DNA of 64,000 bases, filler included, from Basidiobolus ranarum (lineage: Eukaryota): NCBI GenBank assembly GCA_040143965.1. It is 11 parts of 11 records of this genome, joined end to end, with 100 filler letters (N's around TTAATTAATTAA, not from the genome) between each part and the next. Parts side by side here need not be neighbours in the genome. Positions count along the whole stretch, not along the records: positions 35,334 to 41,107 come from JASJQH010001501.1; positions 41,208 to 46,979 come from JASJQH010001502.1; positions 47,080 to 52,850 come from JASJQH010001503.1; 8 more parts are not named here. One strand, 5' to 3'. The position numbers were made by a program, and so were the translations under genes. This document shows positions 38,045 to 50,650 of the stretch, one piece after another. Numbering within the stretch: position 1 is the first letter of the stretch; every line of letters starts with the position of its first letter. The notes below the pieces were generated by a model. It was not told the DNA's origin. It did no database searches and was given only the letters and a program-made list of their open reading frames with translations.

Positions 38045-38509
38045 CTATTTCTTTTTCTTGTTACCACCGTGTCTTCTAGCCTTGTCGGCAACGAGGGTTT
38101 CCTCGTGAGTAGCCAGGCGAGAGTATGTGGTACCGGTTGTACCCTCCGGAAGGTCGAAGAAGTCCAAGTCGGCAAGATCATCGAGCTCACCAAACTTCTT
38201 AGAGAACTTGGAAATTTTACCACTATCGTCATCAAGAGTAGTTTGAATTTGGGGATTCCAAAGGGGATGACTTCTGGTATCCTTAGATAAGGTTATCTGT
38301 GCACGAGGTGAAGTAGTGCGAAGCTTGAAAGTTGCCCCATTGGTCAAAACAACCGTTTGATAGAAGCGCTCGGGATCGGGGTACTTCCTAGTAGTAGCGT
38401 CAGTTGTGGCATAATATCTAACACTGTAACCCAAAGTGCTTTTCACAAGTTTACTTTGGGTGAAAATACCGCGATAACCTTTTAGAGGTAACTTACTCGA
38501 CAATGACAT
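38045..38509 (-). CDS. Mitochondrial ribosomal protein bL31m (yeast MrpL36-like)
   Basis: Basic presequence, then FYQTVVLTNGATF..RTTSPR..ITLSKDTRSHPLWNP..DDDSGKISKFSKKFG. Confidence 0.85.
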   Translation of the reverse strand: MSLSSKLPLKGYRGIFTQSKLVKSTLGYSVRYYATTDATTRKYPDPERFYQTVVLTNGATFKLRTTSPRAQITLSKDTRSHPLWNPQIQTTLDDDSGKISKFSKKFGELDDLADLDFFDLPEGTTGTTYSRLATHEETLVADKARRHGGNKKKK

Positions 38510-39787
38510 ATTGTGGTTAACTTCTGCAAGTACCAATTTCCGTTGGAAGTAACAATTAACAAAAAGTTTTTTTGAAGCTCTCTCGATCACAGAAATTTTT
38601 GAATGAAATCTGCAGTGTGACAGCAGTCACTGCTGATTTCATTTTTAACTGGTTGAATGAGACCTCTCATTAAATCAGGCCATGGAGTCGAGTCAGGGAT
38701 TTTAAGATATTGTGGTTCGACAGTGATGATGAACCGAATATTTGCTGAGCATCTTGTGTCAATACTGGGAATTGCACATTAAAGCCACCTTAAACTATAA
38801 AATGAAGAAAGCTGTATCGCAGCTCCATCACTAGTCAAAAACAAATATATGCTATCTCTTTGGTTCCTTTGTAAAACAGCTCCAAGTGTTTTATACATTG
38901 CTTGCTACATATGTGCACAGCTTGTAGCAGGTTGATTTAGTTAGGCCATAAACTGATATAAAACATATCCTTGGAATATTAGAGTAGAACTCTTTAAAGC
39001 ACGTGATTCTAAGTGAATCAATACATGTCTTCAATAAACAATGCAAGTCGAATTACTAGCCGTTTCCTATATATACCGAAATTTTGCAGAGGGCTTGGCA
39101 CTAAGTATTTTGACTTGCTGCTGTTTTCAAGAGGAAGATGGTGGTGGTGCCAATGATACAAAATTCCCTAGTAACTTTATGTTTGGATTTATCAAGTAGC
39201 CCTGCCGTAATTGCAACACATTCGACTATTGAATAGCAACTTCCATTTTATATCGTTTAAGTACATCTAAAAATGAATAAAGTATCTGGTCATTCAAGGG
39301 AAGGTTAGTCTGTGACTTGCTTATGATTTTATCAATATAGTGGCTAATATAGGTACTACACAAACTGCTTAGAGAAATTCATTTGGATTGTTGCTCTATA
39401 CTTCCATGGAAGAGCACCATCTCCTAGAAGTCTAGTACTTGCCTTCTGTAGTAAAAGCTCAACATACATCCAACCCATCGGCAAATCATAGACCAATCAC
39501 GGTACTCATGTGATTACTCTATTTTTCCAATATTACTAGATTTTTATAGTTATAGATATGTTTCAACGAGATTCGTATCAACAATTGTAGCAAGAATGTT
39601 ATAACAATTACACATTCTTATGGGGCAGCCATGTGTATCAATTAGAAGGAAAAAACTTCTACTTGTGAGCAGCTTAGTTACACTGCCAAGAATAACAGGT
39701 TTCAAACTCATTTGAGTGCCATTTAAGGAATATATATAAAGGTGGCTTAGGTGGCGCTGGAGAACGATACAGAACAAACTTGTGAAT

Positions 39788-40729
39788 ATGAGTGTTTCTA
39801 AACCACAGATTCCCGCTCAATTCGATAATCAAAATACTACCCAACAGTTGGTATGCCAACAGCCAACTATTAATGCTATGAATAAACCCTTTGCCAAAGA
39901 ACTGCCTGTTGAACCAGTATCAGGATTCTATGGTACCACTATGCAAACATTAGGCGAATGCCTTGGTGCACTTGGCTCGATTCCTGGTTGCTTTTGTTGT
40001 CCCAATCCTAACAAAGAGATAGTTCAAGGGACTGTAGGTTTGGTATCTAAGTTTGGGCGTGTATATAGGTGCGTTGATCCTGGTCTTGTCTCTATCAACC
40101 CTTTGACAGAGTCCCTTCATAAGGTAGATGTCAAGGTTCAAATTGCCTCCATCGAGGATATTCGTATCATGACCAAAGATAATGTCAATATCAAGATAGA
40201 TTCAGTACTATATTATCATGTAGTTGATCCCTACCAAGCACTCTTTGGAGTGAGTAATGTCCGTCAAGCCTTGATTGAACGTACTCAAACTACTCTTCGC
40301 AGTGTACTGGGTACACGAGTGCTGCAGGATTGTATTGAAAATCGTGAGACTATTGCGGATGACATCCGAGATCTGATAGACATTCCTGCCAGAGAATGGG
40401 GTGTCACCATCGAGTCAATCCTAATCAAAGACCTTGACTTCTCGAAGGAGCTACAACAGTCGCTCTCCAGTGCTGCCACACAAAAAAGAATCGGAGAATC
40501 GAAGGTGATTTCCGCTCGGGCGGAGGTAGATTCAGCCAAGTTAATGCGTGAAGCAGCAGATATTTTGAATACTCCAGCTGCTATGCAAGTCCGTTATCTG
40601 GAGACTTTAAGTAGCATGAGCAAAAGCAGTGATACTAAAATAATCTTCATGCCATTGGAACATGGTCATCAATCTACTGGTAATTCTGACCAAATGGCTG
40701 TGACTCAGAATTCAATTTCTGATCTTTAA
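39788..40729 (+). CDS. Stomatin / SPFH (band 7) family protein
   Basis: Intronless 313 aa. CFCCPNP, QGTVGLVSKFG, MTKDNV.IKIDSV, QTTLRSVLG, ESKVISARAEVDSAKLMREAADIL.TPAAMQVRYLE. Confidence 0.95.
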   Translation: MSVSKPQIPAQFDNQNTTQQLVCQQPTINAMNKPFAKELPVEPVSGFYGTTMQTLGECLGALGSIPGCFCCPNPNKEIVQGTVGLVSKFGRVYRCVDPGLVSINPLTESLHKVDVKVQIASIEDIRIMTKDNVNIKIDSVLYYHVVDPYQALFGVSNVRQALIERTQTTLRSVLGTRVLQDCIENRETIADDIRDLIDIPAREWGVTIESILIKDLDFSKELQQSLSSAATQKRIGESKVISARAEVDSAKLMREAADILNTPAAMQVRYLETLSSMSKSSDTKIIFMPLEHGHQSTGNSDQMAVTQNSISDL

Positions 40730-43199
40730 TATTGTTATCTATTGGCTATCACTATTTTTTTCACATTTTTGGAATTATATTAACCTTGTTCTACTCTAAA
40801 TATGTACATGTTCAGTATACATCTTTATTCGGCGGTCTTCCATATTTATTCCACACCCATGGTTGTAAGTTATGCACCATAATCAAGAGCTACGTAGATA
40901 CCAATCTTTTGAGTGTATTTAATCGATCACACAAACAATATATCTGCAGTGATTAAAATTTGTATAGTTTAATTTAAGCAACATTTAAACATAATGTACG
41001 AGCCCTCTGAACACAAAATGCGCGTTTGTTACGCTCAATCTGTTCTAAAAGGCTCAAGTTAATCTTTTGTACGGGAATCACACAACTTTCATAGGTAATC
41101 GCAAAGGNNNNNNNNNNNNNNNNNNNNNNNNNNNNNNNNNNNNNNNNNNNNTTAATTAATTAANNNNNNNNNNNNNNNNNNNNNNNNNNNNNNNNNNNNN
41201 NNNNNNNATAATTACGTGCATACATTTCCTCCATAATGGGAAGTCTTGCAATGTAACGATGGAGGGAGTGCCATGATATGCCACCCCGTGTGTGAGTATA
41301 CCAACAATAGATGCTGCAGTGTTCCAGTACATATCTGTGCATAAGGTGGATTTAGCTTGGCAGAACAGAAACCTTCAATTCTGGCGCTACAAAATCGCCA
41401 GCTTCCTCAGTGGAAAGAAATGAACATACATTTTCAGTACCCCTCAATCGTGATCGTACCTCTAGCTCCACCTAATTACACTCTGATTGTATGCTCTAGG
41501 TTCTTGGTAACAAGCCTGATCCACTAGCGGTCATTTGTGTATGTTAGCGTTATTTATCTCTTATCAGGAATCGATACCAATGCACATGACATGTATTCTC
41601 TTAAGCTAGGCAATCTGATGCAGAATGGATAGTGTTTGATTTCTATTTTCCCAACTAACTGAAAGCTATTTACGTCATGGGCTAAGTTCGAGAGATCAAA
41701 TTAAATCTACTCATCCGTTGACTCATTCCTTGAGAAAGTTCATGATCCGGTAGAAATGTTGAAAATAAATGGATTGAGCCGTATCAAGTGTGAGGATTGC
41801 CATTACTATAATGGTAATCTCAGCTGCTCCATTCCGACTCCTTAGTGCGACATGTTTGACATACGCTGTATATAGCGAGCGTATCGCGAACACTCGAATT
41901 AATTGCACATGTTTGGCTCAGTAGCGAAGAGAAAGGATACAGAGTGTTTGACGATGAGCTGCAGTTACCAGATGCAACTAGCATGTCATCGACTGAAAAT
42001 GAATCTATTGCAGTGTAGAGTTCCTGTGGTCTCCAAGCCAGGCGAGAGCAAGTGAGGGGTAAATGGATTCTCCCCAACATCTCAGTTTGAAGTAATGTAT
42101 GACAGGGTGGGACAAAAGACAGCCACTCAATTCTGATCACACCAATATTCAAAAAAGATTGGGAACATTACTTAAACAACGTTGACGGTATATTGCTCAA
42201 CATGCATTCCCTATTATGGTAAGATCGCTCTCGGAGAATAAATCGGGATCGTTCCAATCTGGTTTATTCGTAGAAATAAGGTTGCTTAACCAATGATCCA
42301 GGCAGCATCTCAGGTAAGTGGTTCCAGGCTGTACTGTTGCATCAGCATACATGCTGGGAAGTCGGTTGCCTGTAAATGTTAGTCTTATTCAGCGGCATCA
42401 CTGATTTCCATCCATATCTTCGATAATAGATCATTTCAAGATCGAGCATCGTGTCCAAGAGGCCTTACCTGGAGGCGCTTGATATATGTAGTCTACAAGC
42501 ATAGCCTAGATTTAGGAGTTTAGAGAAGGCGTAATTAGAAGCCGTGGGGTTCAGGCCGATCAGCGTAATGTAGATTCCCAATTTACTGGCGAAATGCGAA
42601 TGGCAAAAGGGAATACTTTTTTCGCCAGGTTTCGTGCGTGTCGATGCAGTCTCAGAGTGACTTTTGGAAGTTTCCTGAGTTCTTGGTAGCTTGCCAAATT
42701 TTAGGATTAGAATCATCAATGATTAATGACTATTAATAAGCATATGTAACTCCCCTGCTCATATACTTAGTAACAATCTTTACTCCGAGACACTGGTGAT
42801 TCAATTTGGAGGTATGGTGATATTATTGTCGAGACAGAATGCTGCCTATATCTCAGGAAAGGTCGAACATATGCAGTAAACAATGTAGTACTCCCCTAAA
42901 TACTGTAAACTTCATACTAAACCATTGTCACATTATGGGGGCTCTCTATTAATAGCCATCAGAATGTAAAAGAACAATTACATAGGAGGCTCAAAAACCA
43001 AGGTTATTAGTATAACCGAGATGTAGTTCAATCCTTGGTATCCGAATCCTATTAATCCAACTTGCGAAGAATGAATATTTGAATCTCTCAAATGATTCAT
43101 CTGAATGAGAAATCCACCGATGATGTTCTTCATTTATGTACTCCTGAGACGTTATAGCAAACATCCATGCTGCGGCCTTCCTCCCCCCAATTAATGAAG

Positions 43200-44400
43200 C
43201 TAGCTCTGAACGGTGGTTTCTGGCAAAAATCCAGTAGTGTACAACTTCGGATAAGCTGCAGTACTAACGAGACTATCAAAGGCATTCTGTTCTTTTCGCC
43301 CTGCAAAGAAGCAAATATCCTCTATCTATTTACTTTGGTTGGTGTAGTGTATAATCAAATACTATTCAAAGTTTATACCACATCCATTGTGTATTTCATC
43401 AAGTTCACTTGTCATAATCTCCAGTGTGTCATAGATTGGTAGTGCCAGCATCTTGAGCCTCTGTAAACAAACATTTGCCATACTTCTGTTTTCTAAAGAA
43501 ATTCCACCTTTGCCATGCGTACACATCGCTGTATCAAAAATCTGCAGGTTGGGAGTATAGGTACTCGCCTAATTGACCAATGACTTGGCAATCGTCATTT
43601 CTGCTAAAGTAACTCTTTGTGGTATTCGCAATTCACCTCCTCCTTGAGTCACCATATGCTGCATGTGAAGTACAAATAGCCCCTATAGTTCAATATAAAT
43701 AAAATCAAACACATCCTGAATATAGATAAATAGTCAAAATGAGGAGCAAGCAAGGATTCATATATGGCCAAGAGTTAGCAGATCCTGATTGATGATCTAT
43801 GGGTCTAAAATTCTTTAGTGCTGAAGTAGCATTATCTTGAGATTTCTCCAAATATTGATAGGGTGATCGTATCTTCCAAGAAGAGGTGCGCGATGGCTAT
43901 CTGCTATTTGGGATTTGATATATTTGTACATACTTCAATTCCCTTTTGAGTTATCATTCCATAGGATGTGGTATCCCCAAGAGCTGGCTGGCTGGAATCA
44001 ATTTCTAATAGCCTGTCAGCATCAGTATATCTTTAATTTAGTATGCAGCATAAAACAGCTAACACATGGGAATCAAGAATCACAAGGGAACAATATAGAA
44101 AATTAATGCAAAGTTATACCAAACCCTCAGAATACTTTGTGGTAGAAGCTTCGAGGTACTTTAGCAATTATTTTCATTCTGTTGCAAACTGCTTGTGTGA
44201 TTGAATGGATTTGAAATTTCTGATGAATTGGCAATTTCTTCCAAGGCTGATGTGCACTAATATGCGTAAATATTTTGGACAGTAATTCTATTTCACGAAA
44301 GTGGTGTCAGCAGCATAATACATCAAGCAAATAGTATGTTGATTCCATATCAATGAAAGCATTGAGGCCAACTCTACATATTATTCTGTCTGCCAAGTTA
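43200..44400 (-). mobile_element. Possible heavily decayed hAT transposase relic
   Basis: TGG AA- TCA ACA TAC TAT TTG CTT near 44330-44348 (WNSTYYLL with a 1-nt loss), ILDP near 43805 and AAYPKL near 43250, in hAT order. Otherwise unreadable. Confidence 0.28.
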
Positions 44401-45303
44401 TGATGAGCTTGATCTGGAATAAACTGTACAAAGGAAACATTCGAATCATGAGCTGAATTAATGATAGTGTTTCCAAAACCTCTTGAAATGTGACAAACTC
44501 TGCTCTGATTCTCAAAGATCTGTTTCATATTGATTACGCCTTCAAATTTTGCGAGCAAATTCATCGTCATAAGATTTTTCTGCCTTTTTGGTTAGGCTGA
44601 CGTGGTTTAAATGAGAGAATCTCTTATCACGTTTACAGCAGTCATGTACACTTACTAACTAACCGATTAAATTCAATAGCCTGTAAGTTTGTTTGTTGCA
44701 ACGAGTTTCTGGGCCATGAAGAGCCACCGTAGAGATACTAGTCGCCTCCAACCATGCATCTACACTTACTCTTTCCGCATTTATAGATATGGTTGCCATA
44801 GAGACATAAAGGTAAGATTCGCCTATTTAGTATTTGATGTTGTGCTTATCATTGTGTTGAGGTAGTTAGGTAGTTATGAGTAATACTGGTGATCTCATAT
44901 TTAGAGGAGTGGATTTTTAAGGTTTGGAGATGACATCATCATTGTGGGCTTTATGCCTGGTTTGGGGTGGTTTAGATTTTAATATATTTCAGACGAGACA
45001 ATCAGGATATTTATTAGGTAACATAAGATTGTACATCAAGAACAGGCAAATCACATGGTTACTGGTATACAAACTGATGTTCACTTGGATCATTCTGGAA
45101 TTCGTGAACATAATATTTAGACTTGTGGGCTGATTTAAGAACTCGAACAATCGCAGAAGCTGTGATTAAGATTCCAGGGTGTCCTTGCTCTTAAAACAGT
45201 GAAAAGGGGATACTAATATTCAACTTTGTTGGAGGATTAGCAAGAATGTAAAGCGGGTGACACTCTAAATGTGAGGAGGTTGACTTTGAAAGAAAGAGTC
45301 AAA

Positions 45304-45711
45304 TCACTTGTCAAAATGCCAGAGTCTTTTGAGCCACGCCAAACTCTTGAATCTCTTGATGAATGTTTCAGTCTGTCGCTTATTCTCACTAAGATAGGCA
45401 GGGGGCGCACTAGTAGTAGTTATCTCGAATATATAGGGAGGCTCCTTGTTGAAGTTAGCGCCGAGATGAATTGACTTGGCTGCAATCTGAGTGGTGGGTG
45501 AATAAAGCGGGGGATTATTTTGTAGATCGAGTGAAATTAATTTACAAGCAGAAGATGTATCGGTATTCTTTCTTTTCAAACAACGACGATCAGTAGATCC
45601 ATCTGTCCGAGTGAGGGAGAAATTTCTCGTATTCTTCTTTGAGTTTCTGTTGTCTGAGCCGAAATTAGGAAAAGTATTACGGCTCATATTGTGGAAAATA
45701 AGGTCGGCCAT
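45304..45711 (-). CDS. Hypothetical 135-aa disordered protein with PPxY motifs
   Basis: ACCATGG start context, PPLY and PPAY motifs and an amphipathic basic C-terminus. No family recognised. Confidence 0.45.
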   Translation of the reverse strand: MADLIFHNMSRNTFPNFGSDNRNSKKNTRNFSLTRTDGSTDRRCLKRKNTDTSSACKLISLDLQNNPPLYSPTTQIAAKSIHLGANFNKEPPYIFEITTTSAPPAYLSENKRQTETFIKRFKSLAWLKRLWHFDK

Positions 45712-46226
45712 GGTATTGTCAATTATTTGTACAGAGTAATCTAGTATACAGTAGCGAATACAGCCCTCAAGTTTGAAGTTTCGTTCGGAGAATGCAGATC
45801 GATATAGGCAGCTTTTCAATACCAATTTGAACTTCAAGCCACTACAATGGTTGACGAGTTTAGCTAGAGATAAGGGAATCTACAAGTGAGCATCTGGAGT
45901 ATTAATACTTTCACTGCCCTAGCAAGGGTTGCAAGATGCCCTGCCAATGTGGTGAACTACGCGAATATGTATATGCATACCTTAGCCATATTAATCAACC
46001 TATGACATGGCCTTGTGGGGATCCACAAATGATATCGCAATGGCTACTATCGTGATAAACTCTTAGACCCCTTTTTGTGGAACAGCCTCCCCCCAACTAA
46101 CTTACAGATGGATATACACATGAAGGCCACTATCCCCATATGGAATGATGGGAATCTAGTCACATTAACCAATTGGGTGTAAGTCATGGATTGTAGTATA
46201 ACTTCGCTTTCACGAATTAGTGGAGA

Positions 46227-46799
46227 CTAGACTTCAGAACGTAGAATTTCGAAGTATCCTACCGCAGAGATTAAGTAGTCTGCATCTATCACAAGTGCTC
46301 CAATATCTTGAGCGTATTTATCAATATGCCGCATATTATAACGACCTGCTATAGTGTCTTGGGAGCTATGCCTATTACTCTTGCAGCAATAACATGTTCT
46401 ACTCTTGGGTAAATCCTTGAACTCTACCATTATAGTATATAATTTTATCATGTGGCGTGACAAGTGGCGTAATATGAGTTTGTGGTTATCAAATGTATCC
46501 ATTATCCTAATAAGGAAATATCTAGAAATGTGAGTGACTTTCATCAACCGTAACATGTGGAGTTGTCGAGTGTTCAATGTGGTGTGATAGCCATTGGAAG
46601 TTATCCCTCCTCTCCTCGTGTTGTAAGCAAATTGGTGCCAGCCACATGTATCAATTATTGGTATCAAGGCTTTCAGTATTATCCTTATTAACGTCCTTTG
46701 AACACACGGAAATTGAAAAGCTATAGTATTCGTGTAACATGATATGATGGGGAGGGGGAGGTGCGGCATTGAAATGTCTTGGAGTAGTATTTCTAGCAA
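46227..46799 (-). other. Long ORF, possibly a decayed retroelement gag with a broken zinc knuckle
   Basis: CYCCKSNRHSSQDT resembles CX2CX4HX4C with the last Cys lost. Confidence 0.25.
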
Positions 46800-47079
46800 A
46801 ATTCACTAGATCAGGATTATATTTTTCAGTGAATAGTTTAATTGCCCTCTAGCCCGTAAGAGTTATCCTCTGTGAAAGTCAAGAGTATCTTCGGGTGTGT
46901 GGTGTGGCATTGACTAGTTGTTTAGGCGTAAACCCCACACCAGTCAGTCGGTGGATGGAGTTGTCGTGTTCCTCATCAGNNNNNNNNNNNNNNNNNNNNN
47001 NNNNNNNNNNNNNNNNNNNNNNNTTAATTAATTAANNNNNNNNNNNNNNNNNNNNNNNNNNNNNNNNNNNNNNNNNNNN

Positions 47080-50000
47080 TAGTTTTCTTTATTTTCACCA
47101 AAATGTATAAATGCTTTTGTTCTGGACAATAAATAATTATCTCACAAAGCTATTCACAACTCCACTTCTCTAAAGTTGCTCCAAACAGCCCATATTTACC
47201 CAATAGGTTATGAGCCCCTGTTCTAATCTTTGCAGCATGACAGAAACCACTACCACCACTTTTATTTACTTAAGCTTTAGCAAGTACAAAGGTTACAAAA
47301 GAAGGAAACCAGGTCTATACTATGGTTGTACAAGCCAGGACACCAGTTAACAGATTGCAAATCAAGAAATTACAACATAAATGAGATGTTAGAACAAGCA
47401 AATCAAGTTTTAACCAAAGAGGAAGTTATATTCATTTCTGCCCTATCAGTGCCCTCTGAAAAAGACTGTAGGTTGTGGTATATTGATTCTGGAGCCTCTC
47501 AACATTTCTCTAATCAAAAAAACTGGTTTAAGACACTCAAAATTGACATAAACAAGAAGGTTTTTATGGGGAATGACTGGCTACTAGAAGCTCCAGGAGT
47601 GGGAGGAATTGAAATGGATCTTGGGGGCATCCCTGGGGACATGTATTTGGCACTGAAAAACATGCTATATGTGCCTGGAATAGCAAATAGTTTGTTATCA
47701 GTGAGTAAAGCTACATCTGACGGATATAGCTTTGATTTTTATCACAATGGCTGTACAATCAGGGACCAAAAAGGGAATTATGTAGCTTCTGGAGCTAAGC
47801 AAAGTAACTTGTATAAACTTCATTATATTAGGCCAATATATGAACAATTAATACTGCCACAGCTGAAGAGATAGACTGGAAAATCTGGCATAGGAGATTG
47901 GTTCATATAGGAGCTGAAATATGATAAATTTAATCAAAAACAATATGGTTTTGGGACTAAATTTTGGAATTCCACCAGATCTGAAGCTATGGGAAGGTTA
48001 CCTATATGATAAACAACACAGAGAGCCAGTTGCAGGCTCTGGAAAGAGCAAAATTGATAAAAAATTGGGCCTAATACACTAAGATCTGTGCAGCCCAATG
48101 CAGACAAAATCCTTAGGTGGAAAAAGGTATTTGATGACTTTTATTACTGATAAAACAAAGTATACTTGGGTGTACTTTCTGGCCAGTAAGGATAAAGCCT
48201 TTGATACCTTCAAGAAAGAAAAAGCAATTGCAGAGACTGAAATGGATCTAAAGATTAAGATAATCTGTACTGATAATGGAGGGGAATATACCTCAAAACT
48301 CTTGTCTAACTTCTGCTCAACATATGGGATAAAACAGCAGACTACAGTGCCACACTCTCCATGGCAGAATGGAGTAACAGAATATGAAAACAGATCAATA
48401 ATGGAAAAGACAAGATCAATGCTTTGTGATCAATATTTACCAACACAGTTCTTGGCTGAATTGGTTGCAACTGCAGTATATATTAGGAATAGATGTCCCT
48501 CCACATCTCTATTGACCATGACACCTTATCAAGCTTGGTTTGGAAGTAAACCCAATGTGGCTAATCTCAGAGTTTTTGGAAGTACCGCATATGCCAAGCC
48601 TGAGGTGGTTTCATTGACTAAATTGGTACCAGAAGTTGTAGTGCCAATCTCCCATCTTAGGAGATTCAATTGGATGAGATCTCCTGCAATTACTACTCTC
48701 ACACTAGCCAAAAGGAGCCTAGTGCTAATTTAGCCTTTTCTGATGAACCCAGATCAGTACAGGAGGCTATAGAGAGTCCCAACTCAAAGTTTTGGTGTGC
48801 TGCAATGGCAGAGAAGCATCAGTGACTCATAGATAACCAAACTTGGACTTTGCTTAAGTTACCTGATGACTAAAGATCATTGGATGCAAATGGGTGTTTA
48901 AAGTTAAACAGCAAGCTGATGGATCTGTAGAAAGATATAAAGCCACACTTGTGGCTAAAGAATACTCTCAAATGAAACAAGTGGACTACAATGAAACATC
49001 TGCTCCTATAGCAACGTTTAATTATATCAGAACCATACTATTAGTAGCAGCAAAACACCGCTTGAAAATACATCAAATGGATGTTAAAACTGCTTTTTTG
49101 AATGGGGACTTGAAAGAGGACAAATTCATGGATCAACCAGATAGTTTTGTGGATCCTGCACACCCTGAAGACACGTGTAAGCTACAAAAGTGACTTTATG
49201 GACTTAAACAGTCACCCAGGGCCTGGTACACTAAGATAGACTCATACTTGGAGTCACTTGATTCCCAAAAGAGTATGGTTGATTTTGGGATCTACTTTAG
49301 GGCAGATAAGGACAGTAAGGTGATGCTTGCCTTATATGTAGATGACCTGATTATAGCTGCCAATAATGATGAAGCTCTCAGGAACACCAAAAGAGATTTA
49401 TCAGTCCAATTCAAGATGACCAATTTTGGTGAACCTATGTATTTTTTGGGGCTGTAGATCCATACAGATATATTGTGCAATTCTATTATTCTGAATCAAT
49501 CTAAGTACATCTCAGACATTTGCAGACATTACAGGATGGAGAATTGTAAGCCAGTAGCAACTCCCATGTATCCAGGTGTAAAAGTAGTCAAAATCTCATC
49601 ACAAATGATGAAAAATGGCCAAATATGGCTCAAAATATGTAATTTGAAAGCCCAGAGTTCCCTTATCAATCCATGGTAGGTAGTTTGATCCACACTATGA
49701 CTGGAACCCAGCCAGATATCTATTTTGCAGTTGGAGTAGTTTGCCATCATGTGCAAAACCCAGGATCTGTCCATTATGCTGCAGTTAAGCAGATCTTCAG
49801 ATATTGAAGGGGACAATTGATCTGGATCAAGATACACATATTCTTACAAGTATAGGAATCATGGGGTTTAGTGATGCAGATGGGTGATGTGATATTGAGG
49901 ACAGAAGATCTATCACTGGATATACCTTTCTCTATAGAGAAGCAGCCATATCTTGGAATAGCAAGAAACAACCCACAGTAGCACTTTCAACAACTGTAGC

Positions 50001-50650
50001 AGAGTACATGGCAGCATCACATAAAACAAAGGAGGAAATGTGGTTGAGGATACTGTTCAAAGATTTGGGCATTTTACAAAGTCTACCCATCATAATTTTC
50101 AAGGATAATCAAAGTTGCAGTTCCTTAGGAAAGCTATTGAGAATAAGACATCCAACTGGAGTACTGTCCAACTGAGGACATGACTGCTGACATCCTTACC
50201 AAACCATTACCCAAGCACAAATTTAAAGAATTAAGATTTAAATTAGGATTAAGATCAATGGGTATTTAGTTGAGTGAAAGTGTAGAAGTTTATTGTCTTT
50301 GTCATATTTGTTATCTCTGTCTTTATACACCTAACTATATCATATAGAACATATGTGTTAATTAACATTACTTAGTCAATTATCACTCAGCTGAAAATCC
50401 AAACATATATTATATATATATGTGAATAATGGAGAATTAGCAATTCCATATTGAAAATTTCAAACTTGTCCAAATTGCCCCAAAGATGGCTCATTTTACT
50501 CCCACAGATGTTTGGAACACAACCCCAGTGTTAGTTCTCTATATTTCCTCTAAAACGTATAAGTGCTTTATTTCTGGACAATAGGTAATTATTTCACAAA
50601 GCTATTCACAACTCCACTTCATAAAGCTCTTACAAATAGCACATATATCT
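47080..50650 (+). mobile_element. Near-complete degenerate Ty1/copia element (gag largely deleted)
   Basis: 5' LTR end 47080-47205, PBS GGTTATGAGCCC at 47206, zinc knuckle, protease WYIDSGASQH, IWHRRL, integrase TDNGGEY/PWQNGV, RT YVDD, RNase H, PPT near 50270-50280 and 3' LTR from 50281 whose end matches 47080-47200. Confidence 0.95.

Noticed and set aside
41160-41342. ORF ending in X residues
   Set aside because: It runs into the N linker and stops at the artificial stop cassette.
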